In this document: positions 57,686-64,000 of the stretch, in pieces
Layout: every line of letters starts with the position of its first letter
Position numbering within the stretch: position 1 is the stretch's first letter
Sequence record: OR992645.1
Direction: 5' to 3' (one strand)
DNA from: Escherichia phage EI-SP-GF
Length of the DNA: 64,000 bases
The notes under the pieces: model-generated
Seen by the model: only the letters and a program-made list of their open reading frames with translations
Told to the model about the DNA's origin: nothing
Database searches by the model: none
Position numbers and translations under genes: made by a program

Positions 57686-58237
57686 ATGATTAGAGCGCCA
57701 TTAGATAATTTATTTCTTGAAAAGCTGGAGCTTGATAGTGTTGAGATCTTAATTGCTGCAAAGCTAGAGCTACCAACAGGGACTGTCAGGGTGTGCTCAG
57801 GAACTGGTGTTGTGGTGATTGAGGGGCAACATTTTATAGGGATAGGTGGATCAGCAACATTGACTGCTGTGTCTGAGAAAGATGCTACCAACTTCGGATC
57901 TGTGGTAGCAACATTGAACGGATTTGATCCCAAGTATGTAGGTGATCTGCTGAAGACAGAGTATTCGGGTTGTCGTGCCACGTTGTATATCACAGCTATG
58001 GAGAATGGTTTACCTGTTACAACCAATGGCTTGTTTGACGGCCTTATAACAGACATGGCTATTCAGACAGGGGAGAATAGTGCTTTGTCCATATCCATAT
58101 CTTCCATCTTCAACAGCTGGTTAAGAGGTTTTCCTTATCGATACACAGAGGAGAGCCATAGCTCAAGAAACGATAATGACAGATTTTTTAAATATGTGGA
58201 TCAGGTGGCAAGCCGCCCGATCATTTGGGAGGTTTAA
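57686..58237 (+). CDS. hypothetical tail tip protein (183 aa)
   Basis: Start moved to ATG 57686 just after upstream stop. Confidence 0.35.
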   Translation: MIRAPLDNLFLEKLELDSVEILIAAKLELPTGTVRVCSGTGVVVIEGQHFIGIGGSATLTAVSEKDATNFGSVVATLNGFDPKYVGDLLKTEYSGCRATLYITAMENGLPVTTNGLFDGLITDMAIQTGENSALSISISSIFNSWLRGFPYRYTEESHSSRNDNDRFFKYVDQVASRPIIWEV

Positions 58238-58662
58238 TGAGCACACACCCTCGTTTAGTAGACTGGCAAGAAAGATTGTGGAAAGTGTTTGACGAAGAAG
58301 CTACCGTCCAGTTTGAATGGGGATTCCACGATTGTTGCACTTTTGCGGCTAAATGTGTTGATGCCCAATATGGAACAGATTTTCTTTCTAACTTTGAAGG
58401 AACGTATAAAACAGAGTTGGAAAGCAAGAGATGGTGCATGCTCCGTTTCAAAACCACCCACCTGCCTACTATTTTTGATCTCTTTTTGACTCGACTGGAT
58501 ACTCCTAAACAGGTTCAGCGTGGCGATATTGTTATTTTCGAAGGTCTGAACGGGCTCACCGCTGGTGTGTTCTGGAACAACCAGATTTGGGCGAAAGGTG
58601 ATAAGGGGATCTTTATGTTCGACATGAAAGATTCTATCGTTGTTGATGTCTGGAGGTATTAA
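58237..58662 (+). CDS. hypothetical tail tip protein with Cys/His motif (141 aa)
   Basis: Start moved to ATG 58237 (GGGAGG RBS, TAATG overlap); WGFHDCCTFAAKC could be a peptidase-like site. Confidence 0.35.
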   Translation: MSTHPRLVDWQERLWKVFDEEATVQFEWGFHDCCTFAAKCVDAQYGTDFLSNFEGTYKTELESKRWCMLRFKTTHLPTIFDLFLTRLDTPKQVQRGDIVIFEGLNGLTAGVFWNNQIWAKGDKGIFMFDMKDSIVVDVWRY

Positions 58663-61600
58663 TGCCAATTGCAATGATTGATAACATCGTTGCTTCTGCA
58701 AGATCTTCGAGCTATGACTGGAACGCATCCAAGGCAGCTCTGGCTGACAGCCTGAACACTGTTACCACCAGAACCCTGGATAAGATTTTCGAAGGTAACA
58801 AATCTTACAGAAGTCAGCAAGATAGACAAAAGCTTCTCAGATCTTCTGCTGCACCTTGCTCTGTAGTGTATGGGAAGACACGCACATCTGGATTGCTTGC
58901 GTTTTTGGAGCAGGACAGGGACAGAACCCTTCATTGTGCTATTGTTCTTGCCAATCATCCCTTGGAAGGTATAGAAGATATACTTATCGACGGTAATCCT
59001 ATTTCCTCGTATGGGGATTTGGTATCGTGGGAGTTACATAACGACAGGAAAACCTCTGATCCTTTCATGGGTACACACTGCCCTTCGTGGTCACCAGACA
59101 TGATAGGTAGAGGGATCAGTTGGCTACGTGCCAGCTTTAAGTTTGACCCTAACAAGTTTCCTTTTGGGTTGCCAAACGTTACACTCGTCAAGGTTGGTAA
59201 AAAATGTTATGATCCTCGTATCAGTAAAGAGGTGTATACCAATAACGCTGCCTTGGTGATTCTGGACTACCTAAGAACGTACCTTAAATGTCCTGACGAA
59301 ACCATCAACTGGGAGTCCTTCAAGGAAGCTGCCAACATATGCGATGAGGCTGTAAAAAACGCGGACGGAACCAGTGAGCGCCGTTACACCATTAATGGCG
59401 AGTTCGACATGGATGAAGCACCAGCAAGCATTATGGCAGAGATGCTGAAAGCTTGTGGTGCAGACCTTAGCTATGTAGCTGGCAAATATGGTCTGCTGGT
59501 AGGTGCATACTATGGCCCGGCAACAATGACACTTAGCGAGAACTGTGTTTGCGGTGAGGTTAAGATCTATCCTGAAGCCTCCTTCGACAAAAGATCCAAC
59601 ACAATAACTGGCAGATTCACTAGTCCGGCCAAAGGGTATTCTGAAACAGATTTTCCATCAGTGTTTGTCCCAGAGTGGGTAGAGAAGGATGGAGAAAGAA
59701 AGATAATCGATATAGATTATCGCTTTGTTACCAGTCCTTATCAAGCTCAGCGTGTTTCTGCAATCTTCTTAAGACGTGCCAGAGCTGGTAGGATTATTGA
59801 AGTAACCTGCAATATGCGGGGTTTTAAATTTAAGCCTGGGCGTTACGTTACGATGGACCTCCCAAGTATTGGTATAGTGGGCCAAGAAATGAGGGTTCTT
59901 GAATGGGAGTTCACCAAAAAGGGCGGTGTCAAGGTAAAACTCCGTCAAGATGCTAAAGAGTGGAATGATGCCACAGGGCAACTTCCGGATTCTGGAGATG
60001 TGGATATTCCGATATCCCCGTCCGGCGTAGCTCAACCGCAAAACTTCAGATACTCTGTTCTTCAAGCTGGGGAAGTAACTCATGGTGTTTTGGCTTGGGA
60101 CAACGTTGGAACTTATGCTCAAAATATTGTGCAGGTAAGAAAGAACGGAGAGATTATTTGGACAGCACAGACAGTTGAGCAGTTTGTCCGCGTAGAAGGA
60201 TTGACCAAAGGGTCATACACAGCAACCGTGGTTGCAACATCTTATAAAGGTGGTGTATCTCCAGAAGCTTACTGCGAGTTTAACATTCAAGCACCTGAAG
60301 CTCCTGTTTCTGTAGAAGTTAAGCAGGGATACTTTGCTATCACCTTGATTCCGCACAGCAGGGACTTAGCAAGTGTAAGCACCCAGTATGATTTTTGGAC
60401 ATCTGGTATGACAAGGTTGCCGGACACAAGTGATGCAACCGTTACTTCAAAAGCCACCCGTATGGGTGTTGGTTCAACTTGGACATCTGAAGGTCTGCAG
60501 AACGATAAGATTTATTATTGGTATATTCGAACCACAAACGCTTTTGGTAGTTCTCAGTTTGTAGAATGCGCTGCACGCTGCTACACCTCTATTGAAGATT
60601 TGATGCCTCAGATAGATGCTGAATTTAAAAAGACAGAAACTTATAAAGAGTTGATGAGCACTTTAGATTCCTCTATCGAGGAGGTTGAAAATCGTGTCAC
60701 AGAGCTTAACAAGTACATGGACGGAAGGGTAGATGAGGCATTCCAACAACTTGGAGATAGGATAGGTGCGGTAGTTGCAGAGACAACTCAGAAGTTTGAG
60801 GATGTCAATGGTAATATCACAGCTCTGGATAGGAAACTTGTTGCTGCACAGAACAAGTTCACCAACGATCTGAACACTGAAAGTGGAAGACTGGCATCCC
60901 TGATCGAGACAACCAATAAAGCAACCACTGATCTTCTGAACAAAAAGACAGAGGCTTTAGACGAGAAATTGGTTGCAGCCAAAGGGGAGTTGGTAGAACA
61001 AATAAGTGGTGTGGAGAGCGGATACCTTGCCGGAGATAAAACTCTAGATGGCAAGATCAATACCCAGAGAACGGAACTTGATGCAAGCATCTTAAGCACC
61101 AACCAGGCGACAGTGGATCTTCTCAACAGGACATCTGAAACTTTGGATCAAAAGATCAGTCAGACAAACGCGACGGTATCTAAGAACTATACCACCCTTG
61201 ATGGTAAGATAACTACCGCAAAAACTGATCTCAATACCTTGATTGCCAATACCAACAAGGCCACCACAGATTTGTTGAATCAGAAAACCTCTGCACTGTC
61301 GGAGCAGATAACTTCTGCACGTGGAGAAATTTCTACCAACAAACAGGCGATTAAGGATTTGGATGGTAAGCTGACCTCCACAAAAACAGCACTGGACGCT
61401 ACAATCTCCGATACCAACAAAGCAACCGTGGATCTTATTAACGGCACAGCGTCAGCTATTCGTCAAGAACTTGCTGTTGCTAAGCAGGAGATCATTGATG
61501 ATGTCGGTGATGTGTCAGAGCTTAGAGCTGCAGTAGCTACAACATCTAAGGCTGTGACAGACTTAGAGGGCAAAGTAACTGCTCAATGGGGCACAAAAAT

Positions 61601-62501
61601 ACAGGTAGACTCCGCAGGGAATAAGTATGTGGCAGGTATCCAATTGGGCATGGAAGGCTCTGGAGGCCAAGTTCAATCATACTTCATGGTTAGTGCAAAC
61701 AACTTTGCGGTATACAACCCCGGAAATGGAACAGCAACCCTTGCTTTCGCAATCAAGAACAACCAAGCATTCTTGAAAGATGCTTTTATAGAGAACGGGA
61801 CGATCTCTTCTGCCAAGATTGCACAAGAAATTTCGTCTAACAACTACGATGGCAACGGGTACCATAAATACGGTTGGTATATTAACAAGAACGGACACGC
61901 CCAGTTTATGGATGTGTGGGTGAAAGGTAACATCAACGCTAGTGCAGGTAACTTCACAGGGGCAGTTAACGCTACCAGTGGCACTTTCCGTGGGGATGTT
62001 TATGCCAATAATGGTAGCTTTAGAGGCACCATAGATGCAACAGGAGGTACATTCCGTGGACGTGTAGAAGCTTCCGTTATCCGTGCTAACCAGTTCGAAG
62101 GTGCAATCGTTGCACATAGGACCTATGGTGACTGTCCTCCGGTATATAACTCGCAGCAGAGGGTTTGCCGTTGGAGGTGGAGATATGTGGACAACGTTTC
62201 AGGGCAAGGTAAGAACGTAACATTCTTCTTTAAACTAAACGGAACCTTGTCTGGCTCCCAGCTCAACGTTTGGATAGCCGGACATCAAATCCTTGCAGGT
62301 AAGAAGTACGGAAACGACAACAACGGCATGTGTGCGGTAGGGATAACTGGTCTCGGTGAACAAACCATAGACATTATCGTCGAGATATACACACCATGGT
62401 CAACGTCAAGCGTGACAGGAGTTACAATATCTTGTCCAACCGTAATAGTTAGTCGTTCAAACTCTAGCTTCCAGGGACCTTGGAACGAGTCTCATGACTA
62501 A
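58662..62501 (+). CDS. lambda gpJ-like tail tip / host specificity protein
   Basis: Segments APEAPVSVEVKQGYFAITLIPH, YYWYIRTTNAFGSSQFVE and KYVAGIQLGMEG...FMVSANNFAV parallel lambda J; internal 30-aa coiled-coil repeats. Confidence 0.7.
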   Translation: MPIAMIDNIVASARSSSYDWNASKAALADSLNTVTTRTLDKIFEGNKSYRSQQDRQKLLRSSAAPCSVVYGKTRTSGLLAFLEQDRDRTLHCAIVLANHPLEGIEDILIDGNPISSYGDLVSWELHNDRKTSDPFMGTHCPSWSPDMIGRGISWLRASFKFDPNKFPFGLPNVTLVKVGKKCYDPRISKEVYTNNAALVILDYLRTYLKCPDETINWESFKEAANICDEAVKNADGTSERRYTINGEFDMDEAPASIMAEMLKACGADLSYVAGKYGLLVGAYYGPATMTLSENCVCGEVKIYPEASFDKRSNTITGRFTSPAKGYSETDFPSVFVPEWVEKDGERKIIDIDYRFVTSPYQAQRVSAIFLRRARAGRIIEVTCNMRGFKFKPGRYVTMDLPSIGIVGQEMRVLEWEFTKKGGVKVKLRQDAKEWNDATGQLPDSGDVDIPISPSGVAQPQNFRYSVLQAGEVTHGVLAWDNVGTYAQNIVQVRKNGEIIWTAQTVEQFVRVEGLTKGSYTATVVATSYKGGVSPEAYCEFNIQAPEAPVSVEVKQGYFAITLIPHSRDLASVSTQYDFWTSGMTRLPDTSDATVTSKATRMGVGSTWTSEGLQNDKIYYWYIRTTNAFGSSQFVECAARCYTSIEDLMPQIDAEFKKTETYKELMSTLDSSIEEVENRVTELNKYMDGRVDEAFQQLGDRIGAVVAETTQKFEDVNGNITALDRKLVAAQNKFTNDLNTESGRLASLIETTNKATTDLLNKKTEALDEKLVAAKGELVEQISGVESGYLAGDKTLDGKINTQRTELDASILSTNQATVDLLNRTSETLDQKISQTNATVSKNYTTLDGKITTAKTDLNTLIANTNKATTDLLNQKTSALSEQITSARGEISTNKQAIKDLDGKLTSTKTALDATISDTNKATVDLINGTASAIRQELAVAKQEIIDDVGDVSELRAAVATTSKAVTDLEGKVTAQWGTKIQVDSAGNKYVAGIQLGMEGSGGQVQSYFMVSANNFAVYNPGNGTATLAFAIKNNQAFLKDAFIENGTISSAKIAQEISSNNYDGNGYHKYGWYINKNGHAQFMDVWVKGNINASAGNFTGAVNATSGTFRGDVYANNGSFRGTIDATGGTFRGRVEASVIRANQFEGAIVAHRTYGDCPPVYNSQQRVCRWRWRYVDNVSGQGKNVTFFFKLNGTLSGSQLNVWIAGHQILAGKKYGNDNNGMCAVGITGLGEQTIDIIVEIYTPWSTSSVTGVTISCPTVIVSRSNSSFQGPWNESHD

Positions 62502-62509
62502 CAGTAAAG

Positions 62510-62534
62510 CCCCGCTTCGGCGGGGTTTATTTTT
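62510..62534 (+). terminator. intrinsic terminator
   Basis: Stem CCCCGC/GCGGGG with UUCG tetraloop, then TTTATTTTT. Confidence 0.7.
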
Positions 62535-62543
62535 ATGCTCAGA

Positions 62544-62572
62544 TTGACTATTGTTACAAAATTTGGTAAAAT
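62544..62572 (+). promoter_or_regulatory. sigma70-like promoter (TTGACT-N17-TAAAAT)
   Basis: Hexamers at 62544-62549 and 62567-62572; TGGTAAAAT extended -10. Confidence 0.5.
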
Positions 62573-62605
62573 ACCTTGTAGAGATTTTCATACCGGAGGA
62601 GTGAC

Positions 62606-64000
62606 GTGGCTAAGTATGGATTGACAGAGGCTGGTTTCGTTATACCAACCCTAAATGACCTAATCGTTGAAACTAAGCAAAGCCTGATCCGTGCTTTTGG
62701 CGAAAACTTCAACGTACAGAGTAACTCCGTTGCAGATAAGCTGACCACTATCTTCAACGAGCGAGAGTATCAACTTATTCTTATGGCAGCATCTGTATAC
62801 GCATCGCAGACGCTGTATGGGGCAGAAGGTATTTACCTGGATGAGCTTCTTGGAAGACAGGGTATTTACCGAAGAGGCCGTTCTAAATCATCAGGTACCT
62901 GCCAGTTGACAATCAACACAACTGTGCCGTACAATATGATTTATGATTCCAAAACTTATACGCTGGACAGTGGCAACTTTGTTCTTAGCAACGATGTGCA
63001 GGTGGCGGGAAATCTTATTGCTCACAGAATAAACGCTCCAGACCTAAGAATTGGGAAATACAACTTTCAAATTACCAACCAGACAGACGGAAGTATCAAA
63101 ACAAAAAGTCTGGTTTTAACAGATAAGGCTCTGGACTCTTCTGATTTGCCAAGCTTTTACGGCGAGATTAAGCAATTCATTGTCGATAATACAACCCTGC
63201 TGAATGATGATTTAATTCAGATAGATATGTTGACAGGGACGTTGTGGATAGGGTACAATTCGAATCTTGATCAAGTTGGACTTAATAGCAGGGTAGATTT
63301 CAGAGTATCCCCGATTGTAGGGGAAAGAACTATCACCCTAGATGTTATCGCTAACGAGGCTGGTGAGCTGTCAAGAGAGGCAGAAACCGTGACAACAATG
63401 TCACCTACTCCCAGTGGATTTATCAAGCTTACCAACCGAGAAAGATTCAATGAGGGTAGGGATGTTGAGAAAGACTCTGAGTATCGCTTAAGAGCTTCCA
63501 GCACTAAACAGCTGACATCTAAAGCTACCCGTCCTGCAATCCTTAGCGCTGTAAGCGAGGTGAAAGGTGTTGAGAAAGTAAGAGTGTTCTCCAACAACAC
63601 CGATAAAACGGATGCGAAAGGTATACCACCTTATAAGTTTCAAGTGGTGGTGTTTGGTGGTGCAACAGAGGATATCTGTCAGGCGCTGTATCAAACCATA
63701 GCTTGCACAAACAGAACTTATGGGAATATCTTCTACGATATTACCACATCAGACGGTCAGACTGAAAGGATTTATTACTCCAAGGCAAATACCTACCGCC
63801 TAGATGTAAGAATTACCTACTCAGGTGCTGCGCTTTCCACAACCGAAAAAGATGCCATTGTAGAGGCTCTTTTACAGGTTGTTAACGGACTGGATGTTGC
63901 AGATACGTTGTACAATATCCAATTGGTTGGTGCTGCATCAGCTGCTGTGTCAATAGGCAGATTTAACAGACTTGTGATTCAAGTAAAACCTGTGGGAGCC
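62606..64000 (+). CDS. putative baseplate/tail protein (partial; continues beyond window end)
   Basis: GTG start with GGAGGAG RBS; open frame to window end (465 codons); not in ORF track because incomplete. Confidence 0.45.
   Translation, partial: MAKYGLTEAGFVIPTLNDLIVETKQSLIRAFGENFNVQSNSVADKLTTIFNEREYQLILMAASVYASQTLYGAEGIYLDELLGRQGIYRRGRSKSSGTCQLTINTTVPYNMIYDSKTYTLDSGNFVLSNDVQVAGNLIAHRINAPDLRIGKYNFQITNQTDGSIKTKSLVLTDKALDSSDLPSFYGEIKQFIVDNTTLLNDDLIQIDMLTGTLWIGYNSNLDQVGLNSRVDFRVSPIVGERTITLDVIANEAGELSREAETVTTMSPTPSGFIKLTNRERFNEGRDVEKDSEYRLRASSTKQLTSKATRPAILSAVSEVKGVEKVRVFSNNTDKTDAKGIPPYKFQVVVFGGATEDICQALYQTIACTNRTYGNIFYDITTSDGQTERIYYSKANTYRLDVRITYSGAALSTTEKDAIVEALLQVVNGLDVADTLYNIQLVGAASAAVSIGRFNRLVIQVKPVGA

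Noticed and set aside
57671-58236. ORF-track starts at 57671 and 58225 (and similarly 46161, 39398, 38679, 28718, 25677, 25307, 7826)
   Set aside because: These upstream or non-ATG starts overlap the preceding gene or lack an RBS; downstream ATGs with good Shine-Dalgarno spacing were used instead

Overview
This window reads as a segment of a large virulent tailed dsDNA phage of a Gram-negative host (host-like sigma70 promoters, Shine-Dalgarno sites, intrinsic terminators). All calls are from reading the sequence and the ORF track; no database search was run, so every homology statement is motif-level recognition. Left arm (1-25.3 kb, minus strand): nucleotide metabolism, replication/recombination and accessory genes - ClpP-like protease (partial), PhoH, NrdG, NrdD split by a group I intron carrying an HNH homing endonuclease, glutaredoxin, NrdB, NrdA, ThyX-like, dNMP-kinase-like, MTase, DEDDh exonuclease, EndoVII-like and RuvC-like resolvases, FEN-type 5' nuclease, lambda-R-type endolysin, DNA ligase, MazG-like, Sir2-like and an RNA-ligase-like gene. 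Centre (25.3-31.3 kb): a switch region with divergent promoters, a P-loop kinase plus metallophosphoesterase, an HTH protein followed by four tandem palindromic operator-like sites, AT-rich and GC-rich ORF-free stretches, a cluster of six tRNAs plus one aberrant tRNA-like element, and an i-/o-spanin pair. Right arm (31.3-64 kb, plus strand): morphogenesis - terminase large subunit interrupted by an ORF-less group I intron, portal, scaffold, major capsid, putative sheath/tube, tail chaperone with a candidate -1 frameshift, tape measure, baseplate-like proteins, several fibre proteins (one with a C-terminal intramolecular chaperone domain) and a lambda-J-like protein. The most likely candidates for an undescribed system are the Sir2 / RNA-repair-like cluster (23.2-26.3 kb) and the operator-array / non-coding block (26.7-28.8 kb).
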